Positions 45,101-55,708 are shown, counted from the first letter of the whole stretch. The stretch: 63,065 nt of DNA, filler included, from Vannella sp. (GCA_023345925.1; 5 parts of 5 records of this genome joined end to end with filler, not necessarily neighbours in it), one strand, 5' to 3'. Notes: generated from the letters alone by a model not told the origin. Numbers and translations are program-made.

Positions 45101-45705
45101 TAAATACGCACAACTAAGCGGCGAAAGAAGTCTGCCATGTTGATTTGGTTCTCCTCTCGCTTCTCTGATCGTAGTACGTCATGCAGCTCGCCAAGGTTTG
45201 TTTGAACACATTGGAGAGCCAAGGGGATGTGCTCCTTCTGGACGTGCTCCCTCCGGAAGTCTTCCATTATGGCTCTGAGATATCGATGGAAGAGTAGTTG
45301 GTCTCCGGACTCTGTTTTGGCTCCTTCTGAGCTGTCGCACTCTTCGGAGGACGAAGACTCGTCCCAAGTGACGTAAGTTGCCGTGTCCTCGAGGACGATC
45401 GCGTTCAAGGTTGGATTGTTGACCACCACACAGCCTTTCCTATCTTCTAGGTCCACAACGAAGATACCCTCGTGACGAGGACACAGCTCCACCCCAATGA
45501 AGTGCAGCGTATTACCACAGACCTCCCGGCCAGTTCCAGACGAAGAAGCCATCAGCCTCTTACTTCCTGCAGACAACTTTGTTCTCGGAATAGCTACACC
45601 GTCCACAGCAGCCTTCGTAACCACAAGAGGTTCCTTTCGACCATCAGCACACTTGGCTGTCATGTCTCTCAGGCTGTGAGGCAGATATAAAATGAATCCT
45701 TCCAT
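42118..45705 (-). CDS. Divergent self-sufficient P450-flavodoxin-FAD/NADPH reductase fusion (CYP102/CYP505-like) lacking the haem-thiolate Cys
   Basis: 1195-aa intronless ORF. QEALRL (ExxR), FDPYRF (PERF), haem loop FMPWLVGGGGESGGFQFS; YFVFGCGSSQWSTMYQKVAHFIDESL (BM3 FMN domain); YLPGDNL, LQPRSFPLCSS and LIAQGITLAPF (reductase). Confidence 0.85.
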   Translation of the reverse strand: MEGFILYLPHSLRDMTAKCADGRKEPLVVTKAAVDGVAIPRTKLSAGSKRLMASSSGTGREVCGNTLHFIGVELCPRHEGIFVVDLEDRKGCVVVNNPTLNAIVLEDTATYVTWDESSSSEECDSSEGAKTESGDQLLFHRYLRAIMEDFRREHVQKEHIPLALQCVQTNLGELHDVLRSEKREENQINMADFFRRLVVRIYSQIFLGVDLVEHPRWERIDRALRASGESNRTTGKFKSMPQRKSRSKRRTEINEVLDGIISERQLEAASTPLAPTNLLNMLLQISTQTAEGVSMSPTPLVLLRDALQYVLTHSIGATSSALCWSTYYLFDPTLGNPDLCQSLLGATLGSHLSVRHSSPSIENSASLFIATLQEALRLKTPNPGVVRYCTKATLLGSYIVPKGAAVIVSVQGTHLNPTYWENPNTFDPYRFQERSPVAYSFMPWLVGGGGESGGFQFSLPIASSILQELITRFTIRLEARMPSKERNNLFPSDLSALLSPRRLQTRNRSPEGPLLVHRVTTGEARRTKSKRGPLSRSASITQIIAAARGAADSSASGSSNRAWTTLLSSIQRREIPFYVAAGSIDGSGAIMDSAMWFSQRAEELRFRIQNSPYAPDDLLPILQQCESPELLVMGLCVGTYQGKPSSNTLQLYQWLKENRKHLIQNGPLASLKHVHYFVFGCGSSQWSTMYQKVAHFIDESLHLLGAIRLCPVFLHDVQADEQYDSYTKLFTALLPSLLSHIPEIGGRRNTRQIDLPLISRNLSLQPFTEDSTLSMEEMSEKNSRIYLENMISLVQPPLDSQLLRTRLIKVNGQHSSEDVLEATPLSASSFELQLERLSTMPYLPGDNLLVYPQIDESVLEEFFRLFPTRTPETIVRWTRSTSQVPSGIHATLLPLDKPVSLSRIFTSFVDVTASPSRQFLMNLSTIVKNTSHEKILQEYASTTAEYLNWIRANPGIRILDVISTFCVEQKSLDRLIGFLPILQPRSFPLCSSFRYHTAYMSIMIPESLSNDPTHQYLHRLRQDSSRGTFVYVALQKTLTLKRDPTPVPSLLIAQGITLAPFISLLFEAVAQEQPVRCAIFYCLGSNEKRSNFTLRRSLRTLQKLNVIEHLFLFKPSGLVKILRLNQMLVWAFLNELRANIFLGGSEGLFTDKVLFELKTTVQQFCGPLVFRGCQEYADSFLENLREQHQLQEFCL

Positions 45706-45986
45706 GACTCATTCATTCGCATGACTCTGGCTAAAAATTGAATTCAAAGGCGAACGGAATGGGAAGGCCATTCGGCCACTCCTGGAATGGCCAATAGGAA
45801 TCCAGCAATTTCGTAATCCACATTTTTCGGATTCCTCATGACGAATGAATAGATCCTTCAAATTTGTGTGATTCGCCGGATCCAGGTCCCAAGAAGGGCA
45901 TTCGGGTTGGCTGTCTTGGGGAATTAGTGTTCAATGGACGGCAATTTCAAGGGGAGAGGAAGGTGTTATTGTACAAGGAGTGGATC

Positions 45987-48840
45987 CTATTGGAGGGAAG
46001 AGACGATGAGCTCGCAGAGGGAAACGGGCAATGCCTTTCGGAGGGAGAAAAAGACGCTTTCGAATTGAGTGGGGCTGATGATTGGGCGCAGGCATGAGAT
46101 GATGTCCATCTGGATTGAAAGAGTGAGAAAAACAATCAATTAGAGATAGGTACTAACCTGGTCTGTCTCATTGAGATGCCCAATCATCCAGGGGAGCATT
46201 GCTCGAACATAACCAGAGGGAGAGAAGTCAAGAATGGCTCGGTACAATCGTGCTTGCTCTTCAAGAGGGAGTGTATCAAGAGGGAGAGAAAACTCAGCTA
46301 TTTGACGCTGTGTAATATGAATCTCTAAATGGAGAATCTCCAACACATCGTACACCAAAATGCGCAACTTGCTGCGATTGTCGACCTCTTCGATGTCCGA
46401 CACCTTTCGCAACGCATTGAACTTTTCAATTGCTTTTTGAATAAGTTTGTTGGTGCGGTTGTGGTCGAGCTTGTAAAAAGCGTACAGCTGCTGGTACTCT
46501 TCGGATATGTTCACCAGCCACAAGTGAGTGACTGCGTCTTCCTGGTACTCCTTGATTGCAATGAATGCACACAACTGGAAAGCAGCTTCGAGAATGAGCA
46601 GGATCTCTCGTCCATTGACAGAACTGGAAATCTGCTCTCTGATGCGATTAAGCTCAAAGAGAATAACCTCGTTAGTAACTTGTAATATGGCAACTGGGCG
46701 ACCAGAACTCTGTTCGGTAGAATCTAAAGCTGCCCAGATGTTAAATGCTGGGACTGATGTCTTCTTGGTTTGAGGGACGCGCAAATCGAGTGAGTGACTG
46801 GATGAGAAAGTGGTGGATCCGCTCTTTCTGGAATGGACCGACGCTGCTCGAGATCTCTTGCCGCCTTCGCTTGAGAGAGTATGTCTCGTCTTGCGCGTAT
46901 TCTCTACCGGGGCTGCAGAAAGTAGCCCTTCAGCTTGGTCACCCGTTTGAATACTGAGAGAGCAGCGTTGCCGAGAAGAGCTTCCGATAGAGCGATCAGC
47001 ATTTGCTTCATCGTCAGACAGAGATGTCATCTTGGCATTGCTTTTGGGCGGAAGAAGGCTCTGACCAGAGGGCTCGGAGTTCTTTTGGTCCACTAGTTTT
47101 GGTGAGTCCCCAATACCAAGCCAAGTTCTAATGTCTTTCTCAAATTGGTGTGGAAGCGCTGCAGAATGTCAGAAAGTGCCACTCCATTGACTTTCTCTTG
47201 AGTCTTACCAAACCGTATGCCTTGGATGAAGTGAGCCTTATCTCCTTCATCTGTAAGATGAGAATACAGCCAAGGAAAGACTGCTTCCATGGAGTGGTTG
47301 GAGAAAAGATGAAAGATCTTTCCATATAACTCATGATGAATGGCTCCCTTGCCCGTTGTGAAAGCTTCAAAGGCTTGAGTTTCCTGTTCCATATTGATTT
47401 GCAAGGTTCGAGAGAGATCCTGTAAGTGGTCTCGAAGGCTGTTGACCAGAAGAGTAGAATTCTGGCCCGGAAGAGCCTGCAGGTGTCTTCTGTGAATGGA
47501 AAGGTCTCTGAGGGTATTGAGAACGTACCTTCTCGGCCCGGCCAATCTCCCAGTGAAGGGCTTGAAGAAGGGCGGCCTCCTTTGCCTTCTTCTTTGGGTC
47601 TGTGATTGTTGTGTCTTCCAGATGCTGCTCAAGTTGGCCATAGAGGTTGCAAAGCTCGCACGCTTGAGAAAGGAGCCGATAGATACTGTCCATGGTCTCT
47701 TGCTCCTTCCTCAGTCCTGATTCGAGCAGTTGTGGCATCGTTTGTGTTACAGGTGCAGGGTCAGCGCTCCCCTCTGAGCCCTCTGAGCCGAGAGGTCTCT
47801 CTCCTCCTTCATTAGACTCTCCTTTAACCCCTCGCAGGGCTTCAAGGATAACAGAGGCCTTGCATCGAGTAAACTGCTGAAGCCCCAAGTCCAATCGAGC
47901 GAACTGCTTGGCCACCTTTCGATAGCTCATTGTAGATTGAAGGTTCAAAGCACCAGCAGCGAGAGCAAGCTCCTCTGTGGCGTGGCGGATGCCGCGATTA
48001 ACGATCAAAGTGTACTCGAAAGGGGAAACGTCAGGGACAACGCGTCCCCTTCCTACTCGCGCATCAAACTGTCGAATCAAGTCACCAAGAGGAGGCTTGC
48101 TCGCTTTAAAGGATGGTTTGCTGCAAAGGGGAGTTAGAGGGAGCCTCAAACACTTGAACACTAGAAGGAGTCTTACTCGTCGAGTCTCTCCTTCCAAGCA
48201 AGGAGGCGAGACAGAGAAGAAGGGGTGACGAAGCTGTGTAGATGATTCACGAGCACGATTTGCTCCAGAACACTCCAATAGTAGACATCAACCTGCCCAG
48301 TTTGGTCAAAGAAGGACGGATCCGTTGGTATGAGGGCTTACCCAAGTCAGTTGGTGTCCGAAGTAGTACGGACCTTTGATAGAAAGGTCTAACACAGTCA
48401 GTTCTTGCACAAGGGATTGGAGAACATCGCCAACAGGCATGGAAATGTCCAAGTTCTCTGTAAGTTGGCGGATGATTGGTTCAAGAACGCGCTGGCAGTG
48501 CACAAGAGCTGTGTTGTAAGCTTTCTTCTTCGCTGCTGCCAAGCGAGCGAGGTTGTAGCTCTTCTCCAGGTGGAGAAGGATGTCCCTCTCACCCACAAGA
48601 GTCCGGTCGTTCTCCTTGAGGATGGGGAGGATGCCTTGAGGGCTCAGCTGTCTTAACCTAGTCACATCATCGTCAATAGCAGCCCTAGGCGCACGAAAGA
48701 ACTACAAACCACGATGGAAGCTCCTTGGCATTAACCTCGGTCGTGTGAAAGGGCAAGGAAGCCTCATGAAGCGCCACGATGACTCGCAAGGTTTGTACAT
48801 GATACTTGACCAGATAAAGATGCAACAAGGGCAAACCCAT
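45987..48840 (-). CDS. GST-fold N-terminus fused to degenerate hemerythrin-like (BRUTUS-type) repeats, multi-exon
   Basis: RVIVALHEASLPF, SPQGILPIL and GPYYFGHQLTW|VDVY (GST N and C domains); MEAVFPWLYSHL and LEEQARLYRAILDFSP..VRAMLPWMIGHLNETDQ (HHE-like repeats). Confidence 0.6.
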
Positions 48841-48953
48841 CGCAGTGCCCCTCCTTCCGTCCCTTTCACCAAAGAAAATGAGAAAAGCAGGGTTTCCATC
48901 CTTTCAAAGAACTAATTTACAATAAAATAGAACACTTGAACTCATGGGGTGTC

Positions 48954-49382
48954 TCATTTCGACTTGAGGAGTTCCAGCTCCTCTTCGTCGTTGGCGTCGA
49001 GGTGGAGAGGGGTGGAGCGGTTGCTGACAAGAATGGAAGTGGATTCGTGAAGATCTTCCTTTGGTAGCTCCTCGTCATTCAGCTTCTGTCGTTTGTTGGC
49101 GTTCTGGTTGTGGTTTTGCTTTCTCTTCAGACGCTTGTTCTTTTTCTTCGCACTTTCGACTGCTTCTTTGGCTTTCTGAAGGCGCACTTTGTCCTCGAAT
49201 GCACGTTGAGCCTCCTCTTTATCGCTCTCTTTATCCATCTCGATTAATCGGTTTTGCTCTACCCTCCTTTGATTGCGGTAGGTGTGAAAGTCTCCTGATC
49301 CTGCACCAGCTGTGGATCCAGAGACGTGCTTATCCGTTGCGATCTCCCCGCGAGGTGGTTGGTTTGCCTTTCCTTCTGGCAT
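48954..49382 (-). CDS. PRKRIP1: PRKR-interacting protein 1 (DUF1168) spliceosomal factor
   Basis: VSGSTAGAGSGDFHTYR..RR.EQ.RL signature, followed by coiled coil and a basic tail. Confidence 0.92.
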   Translation of the reverse strand: MPEGKANQPPRGEIATDKHVSGSTAGAGSGDFHTYRNQRRVEQNRLIEMDKESDKEEAQRAFEDKVRLQKAKEAVESAKKKNKRLKRKQNHNQNANKRQKLNDEELPKEDLHESTSILVSNRSTPLHLDANDEEELELLKSK

Positions 49383-49565
49383 GTTCAATCTACCTCGCCA
49401 GTTTTTAATGATTTTCCCACCAATCAGAAAAAAACACAAACGACTTTGATTGGTCACCGATGGTTAGAGAGGTCATCTTCGGCCGAAAGCACTGATGGGA
49501 GTCTTGGGAGGGCCTTTCACTCGTTGCGGAAGGGAATGCGCCCAGGGGAGCTCGGCAAAGCATGT

Positions 49566-49890
49566 CCACCCAAAGGCCGCCTTCAGTATCGATGGCAGCG
49601 CTTATGAGACTCGCCAGCAGCTAGCAAAGTAATCAGTGGTAGTTCTGGGCGTTGTAGGAAGATAGTGAAGAAGTATTGGACTGGGAGAGATCAGTATCTA
49701 CCCCAAACACCGCCCTCCGCGTCAAGAACCAGGGAGTGCTCGCATCCCCAGCCCACCTGAACCGGTTGCGGGCCTTCCAAGGGACCTCCACTGGTTGTCA
49801 TGCCCAAAACGGTCCTGGTTGTTTCTCCCGAAAGCCCGAAGGCCCCCTTCGAGGGAGAGGAGGAGCGTATGTGTGCCAAAGGGCATTCCA
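49566..49890 (-). pseudogene. Decayed RCC1-repeat gene fragment
   Basis: Three blades (HTLLLSLEGGLRAFGRN; WGCEHSLVLDAEGGVW; AAGESH/SAAIDTEGGLWV) lie in different frames, with frameshifts, a TGA stop and no intron that repairs them. Confidence 0.75.
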
Positions 49891-50007
49891 ATGAATGGCG
49901 AAAGTCCAGCTTTTGGAGGAGGGTTCCAACGAGATCTTGTACAAAAGTGTATTATCTTCATGGCAGAGGAGCAAGACTCTTCGTCAGCTCAATCATTCCG
50001 CGTGATC

Positions 50008-51916
50008 TTACTTAGATCGAGAAGATTGGGCTTTGAATTCCATTATCGCTCGAAGCCCATAGAGCAATGCAGCTTGTTTACGAGACTCTGCTGCTAATAA
50101 GCTGAGATGGACCTTTTCTTGAGGTGTCAGATCGATTCCCATATGTTGGAAGTAGTCCTTGGTCACCTCATGAGGGAAGCAAACCAACTTTTTGATGTAC
50201 TTCTTCAATCGGATGGTGAGCCAGAAGTTGACTTTCTCGTATTCATAGTCATCATGAGAGATACCTTGGATTCTATGCACATAGTGCCACACAGCCATGC
50301 GGAACCGGCGCGTGTCGACATCGTTACCTTTTGAGAATCTATGATGAAGATCACTCGAGTTAGTATTGGAGCGGCTGATCACTGCACTGATGGCCACTTA
50401 CGTTCGGTAGGTCAGGTTGTAAATTGTGCGGAATTCATCATCTAAAGGAGCAGTACAAGAAGGGAAGTATTCGTTCACCATGGGATAGCCTTGTTCCTTC
50501 CAGCTAAAGTCCGAATAGTGAAGAGTTGAGTAACTCGAAGAGGAGATGATAACATCCTCGTGGTCAATCTCATAGTTTCCCCGGAATTGAGAGAAGGAGA
50601 AGTGGCGGTCCTGGTTCTCCTTCTTCTTCTTTTTCTTCTTCTCTGCCGTTTGGGGCATGTCCAGGGTTTCGAAGGAGGGGCTAAGGATGGGGCTTTTGCT
50701 TGGTGATGACTCCTCCACAGTGGCAAGGGCCTCTAATAATTGCATGGTTGAATCCTCTGGAACCGTCACCTTCTCATCCCCGCGACTGGGAAGGTCAGCA
50801 GGGACAATGCTATCCGAGTTGACTTCAGGAAGGAGCCCACAGGACCACACGACTCCCGAAAGCGAGTGGAACGTTGTCATAATAATGATTGCGTGTGTCA
50901 GTTCGCTGAACGACCAGGCATCTGGGCCAGTGCAGAGCTCCGCAATGTGAGACGAATCCAAGCGCCACGGCTGATGGGCGAGAATAGCGTTGATCTTGCA
51001 GAGCGATTGGATCTTCTGCGGAGACTTCTCGATTCCCTCTAACCAGGCCTCATTCCCATCCAGATCCAGGAACTCGTTGCTCTGAACATCAATCAAATAG
51101 TCACAGAAGTGTCTACTGGAGGCCATAATCGCGATGTAGGCACTCCAGTCACCCGGTAGCGGTCCTGCATCATACATAAGTAGATCATAGGTCTGGTAGA
51201 AGCGATCAAGGTAGGTTGGGTGCCAAGCTAAGAGCTGGACAAGGTGGCTGGCTCTTCCTCTGTGTAGAAAGGCGAACTGGCAAAGGCGGGCCACCAGATC
51301 AGCGCCTACTCCTCCATCTTCTAACAGATAAGGAAGAGGACTCTCGGTATCCAAGAAGAAAGCAGAGAAGCCACGAGGGGGTGAAGGCAACTCAATACGA
51401 TCCTGCGACGGAGGAGAGGCAGTCAGTCTCACCCATCTGCAAGTACAACGAAAGGAGGGTCCTTACTTGATCTTTCACGAGCCTCAAGAACTCTTGGAAG
51501 GCGAGACGCACATCGGGAAAGGGACACTCAGTGCTAAGCAGGACAATGGTCCCCAGATGCACCTGAAGAAGACCTGTAGGAGATCTTGATCCTTCTTCAT
51601 CACCAAGGGCCTCCTCCAGGACATTGAGGATCTCTTCCAGAGCTTCTGCGCGCTCCTCCTCATCTCCCACAAGCAGTGGCTGGAAGAAGGACCGCGTGTA
51701 GTTTCCCCTCTCAATATGACGGGGACCCTGGCGAGGACTGCCTCGAAGAGTGGTGTTCTGAAGGCCAGGAGGTGTACCTGGACGCGGAGACACGGAGAAA
51801 CCGGAAGGCCGAGTCTTTGAAAGCCAGTCCGGTGACGAAGCCATCTTCGTTCCCCCCGCCTTCTCCTCAGAACAGGCCCTCTTCGTCTGAGGGCTGATGT
51901 CCACCGGAGAGGTCAT
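50008..51916 (-). CDS. SESN: Sestrin (PA26 family), three exons
   Basis: LAWHPTYL..F, GPLP, YIAIMASSRHFCDYL, LAHQPW, WSFSELTHAI, DFSWKEQGY, NLTYRT, VDT, HDDYEY and QEKVHLSLLAAESRKQAALLYGLRAI. Confidence 0.95.
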
Positions 51917-51970
51917 GCTGCACTGCAACAGGAGATCCAAGAAAGACTCCGCTACATACCGATGAACTGA

Positions 51971-51997
51971 CCAATCACGAGGACCATGTCACGTGAC
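51971..51997. promoter_or_regulatory. CCAAT box plus palindromic E-box GTCACGTGAC in the sestrin/Nudix divergent promoter
   Basis: CCAAT at 51971-51975 and a perfect 10-bp palindrome at 51988-51997 within a ~150-bp intergenic region. Confidence 0.5.
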
Positions 51998-52069
51998 CCC
52001 GGCTTTATTCCACCGGGCCCGGAACGTTGCCAATGGTTCTAAAATACGAATTTAATGGTTATTTGTGGG

Positions 52070-52719
52070 ATGGAAGAGCTCTTCGACACGTTTGATGAGG
52101 CGAATGAAGTGTTTTTGGGGCAAGTGGCGCGGAGTGTTGTGCATAGAGAGGGTGCTTGGCATCGATCTGTCAATTTAATTGTGCGGAATCATGCTGGGGA
52201 GTTGCTGGTACAGAGGAGGGCGATGACGAAGGCGATCTTCCCGAATCATTGGGACCTGAGCGTGAGTGGGTGATCGTTTGTGCCACATTACTGACACTAG
52301 CAAGTGTGGAGAGCATCTGAAGCATAGAGAGACCTACCGGGATGCTGTTCTCAGAGGATTACAGGAGGAATTGTCCATTTGCTCCGTCAACTCCCTTCTC
52401 TTGATCCGACCAGCGGAGAAGTTCTGCACTGACGATGAAGAGAATGGCATTCATGACCATGAGTGGGCTGAGCTCTATCTGGCCACGTATGATGGACCTT
52501 TTCAAGGTGGGAGGGAGATCCTGAATGCACTCTCTCGTTCTCACTCAGGGCGCGACCAAAGTGGACCACGATGAAGTATCCGAAGCCAAGTTCGTATCTC
52601 CCAAAGAACTGCAGCTTTGGCTGTCCCGGGAACCCTCCTCGTTCACGCCCTGGGCCCGGAATGACTTTGCTTTCCTCTTTGCTTCCTCCCATTGGGAGAG
52701 AGCCATTGGACCATCGTAA
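52070..52719 (+). CDS. Nudix hydrolase, IPP-isomerase type 1-like; two introns
   Basis: VHREGAWHRSV, LLVQRRA.TK..FP.HWDLS|CGEHL, E.Y.DA..RGL.EEL.I, DHE, EV and FTPW. Confidence 0.8.
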
Positions 52720-52766
52720 ATGCCGGATGTTGCACGTTAGGGGCCATTAATTGCCGTTCGGGCGGG

Positions 52767-53375
52767 ATGAGTGATGGAGAGTCCGAGGACGACTTTGACT
52801 TTGAGGATGAGAGGGATCAGTCAGGAGCTGGAACTCAAGAAGAGCAAGGAGCTCGCGAGAAGGTAGCTGAGTTTGCGCTGATCAGGTCAGTCCCGCAAAC
52901 AGCCAGGCTTGCTCTTCTTGCTTCCTAACTTGTACTTCAGCAAGCTACGCGCTCGGATGAATGTAGAACAGAGTGAGCGTTTCGAAAAGTACCGAGAAAC
53001 AGCGTTTGGCGACAAGTTCGTGAAGCAGGTAAGGAGGCGCCGCGCCCTCTTCTCCCTTTTGCACTCTTCGCCAACCTCCTCTTCGACAGACCATCGAGAA
53101 GGCCACTTCTAAGAAGGCCAGTGCTATTGGTGTTACAGTAATGGCGGGTATTACCAAAGTCTTCGTGGGGGAAGTCATAGAAACAGGTGGGAGCCCCGCT
53201 TTGGGTATGCCTCGGTCCTTCTCACACACGGAAAGCACGAACAGCCATGGACGAATGGGGAGAAACAGGGGCCATCAAACCAAAACACCTTCGCGAAGCC
53301 TATCGTCGCCTCAAGATGGCGAACAAGATCGCCTACTACAAGCAGCGCCGGCGGGTATTCCGCCGCCATCGGTGA
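52767..53375 (+). CDS. TAF11: TFIID subunit 11 (histone fold); three introns
   Basis: EQSERFEKYR, MAGITKVFVGEVIET|AR and I.PKHLREAYRRL. Confidence 0.93.
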
Positions 53376-53416
53376 GCTGTTAGGTGCAGTAAAGTGCCGC
53401 TACTGCGGGTATTCTA

Positions 53417-55708
53417 TTAGAGAGTGTGTTTAGCAAGTAGAAGGGCGCATCCCTGGTGGCCATTTGCCAGATCCGCAGCGATTCTGCCTTGATTGTCGCG
53501 GAGTTGGGGATCCGCACCTGCGCAAAGGAGCGTATTCAGAGCGATCATATTCCCCCGAGCAGCAGCGATGTGCAGTGGCGTGGTTCCCTTGTTGTTCGAG
53601 CAATTGACATTCGAGCGGCCCCCATCGCCTGCGGGGTAAGGCTGCTCCAACAGCCAGAGGAGAAGATCAATAGTGCGGCTACTAATGCAGGAGAAATGAA
53701 TTGGCAGGTCTCCTGCGTCGTTTGGAGTGAGAATGCTGGCGCCAGCGTCCAGTAGTCTGGAGATGGCTTCCAGTGAGCATCCCGTTTGGATAGCTTTGTG
53801 CATTATTGTGTTCCCTCCAGTGCAAAGAGGAGCTGAGCTCGCTTTTGCTCCTCTTTCTAAAAGGTGGAGTATGGTTTCAGATGCACCATTCATGGCAGCA
53901 AGGAGCAGGGGAGTCCGTCCCTCACTATCTTGTGCGTCAATCTCTTCCTCCATTGTGGCAGAGCCACAGGAGAGCAGTTGTAGGACAATGGAAGAGGATT
54001 CTACCAGAGAAGAAGCATAGTGAAGAACATTCATCTTGTTGCAACAGACATCCTCCACTCGGGCACCGTGCTCTAACAGCACTGAGATAGTGGCATCACT
54101 ACTACTGCTCACTGCCCAATGCAGTGGAGTTCTCCCTTTCTTATCCAGCGCATGGATATCTGCTCTAGCCTTTAAAAGATTCCGCGTCATCACATCATGA
54201 CCTGAACAGGCCGCCCAATGAAGTTGAGTGCGTTTCTGTGAGTCCATCCATTTTTCAGGTGTAGGGGCGCCAGCCATCTCTTGCTTAAGGAGGATCTCAA
54301 CGCATGAGATGTGCTTACCAAAGGCTGCCAGGTTCAGAGGCGTGTGGCCATTGGAGTCCTGGTACTTAATAGTGTGTGGTGCTTTGCGTTGGAGGAACTC
54401 TACGCAGTCCTCGTAGCCGTACTTGGCGGAAATATGAAGTGGAGTCTGGTGAAGCTCGTTCTCCATGGTCACATTAGCCCCCAGATCCACCAGTAACTTG
54501 ACATTGTCCAAATACCCGCCCATTGCGGCTGCATGAAGCGGCGTTTGACCTCCAGCACCAACAAACCCTGCGCTTTCAGACGACTTCTGGAGGAAGAACT
54601 GCAGGAGCTCCGTATTACTGCTCAGTGCAGAATAGAACACTGCTGAATGTTGACTTTTGGGGGAGGCGTAGCCTGGGAGGACTCCCATGGAGAGGAAGAA
54701 GGCGACAACATCTTGGCAACCACCTGCTGCTGCTAAGTGCATGGGTATGTGCCCGTCATGGTTGAGGGAGACGAGATTGGCGCGCTTCTGTACAAGCAAC
54801 TTGACAATGGCGAGGCTCCCCACCGCTGCTGCGTAGTGAAGAGCCGTACATCCTCTCTTATCCTTTAGGTCGATGTCTTTGGGGTTCATCTGATGCGAGA
54901 GGACCACGCACAAGGACTCTTGGTAGTTCCACGCCGAGTAGTGAAGGATTGTCCTTCCCGCATGGTCGGTGAGGCCCAGTTGACAGTTAGCGTTGATAAG
55001 AACAAGAACAGAACGAAGGCAGTTAAAGATGGCAGCGTACATGACAGGAGGGCATCCCCAGGCCCAGTCGGCTTGGTTGAGTTGCGCGCCTTCGCTGATG
55101 AGGTACTCCACGACCAAGGAGTTGTCCCCCAAGGCTGCATAATGCAAAGGAGACTTTCCATTCAGTGTGAGACTCTCTATATCGGCTCCTGCTTCCAACA
55201 GAGCAGCAACGTGATTGACAGACCCTCCGGCGGCGGCGAAGTGGATCGGAAGGACTCCGCAGATGTCCGTTTGGTGGAGCAGTTCGCTACTTCGTTCCAG
55301 CTCCCTTTGAGCATCCTTTGTAGATGTTGCGCTGTGCAAAGTGCTCCGCCCCAGCGACCTGAAGAACCTTTCAGACTCAAGAACAGCCGATTGCCTGACC
55401 CCGCGCTCCATCTTCCCAAATAATGAAGGATTCAATCGTCATCCAACTTTGGGATCTCTTTTCAGAGTCACCTTCTTTGCCCAGTGTCTCTTGAATGCCA
55501 TCTGAAGCTCAAACAGTTTCTCTCACTTAAACAATCCCAAGACGAGGCGCGTACTCAGCTTCGCTATAAAGAGTATCAACGTCCCAGAGATGGACCGAGA
55601 CGGACGTCCCTGGATAGAACCCATTTTGCCAAATCCGTTCTTTCGGTTCCATTTTTTCGCTTGCATTGCTCAATGTACCTTACTCCAATCAATGAAGCGA
55701 GAGTCCAT
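53417..55708 (-). CDS. Ankyrin-repeat protein (many repeats); 5' exons upstream of 55411 are tentative
   Basis: Repeated G.TPLH.AA..G...V..LL..GA motifs across the 672-aa ORF; plausible short GT-AG-linked exons extend to an ATG at 55708. Confidence 0.88.
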
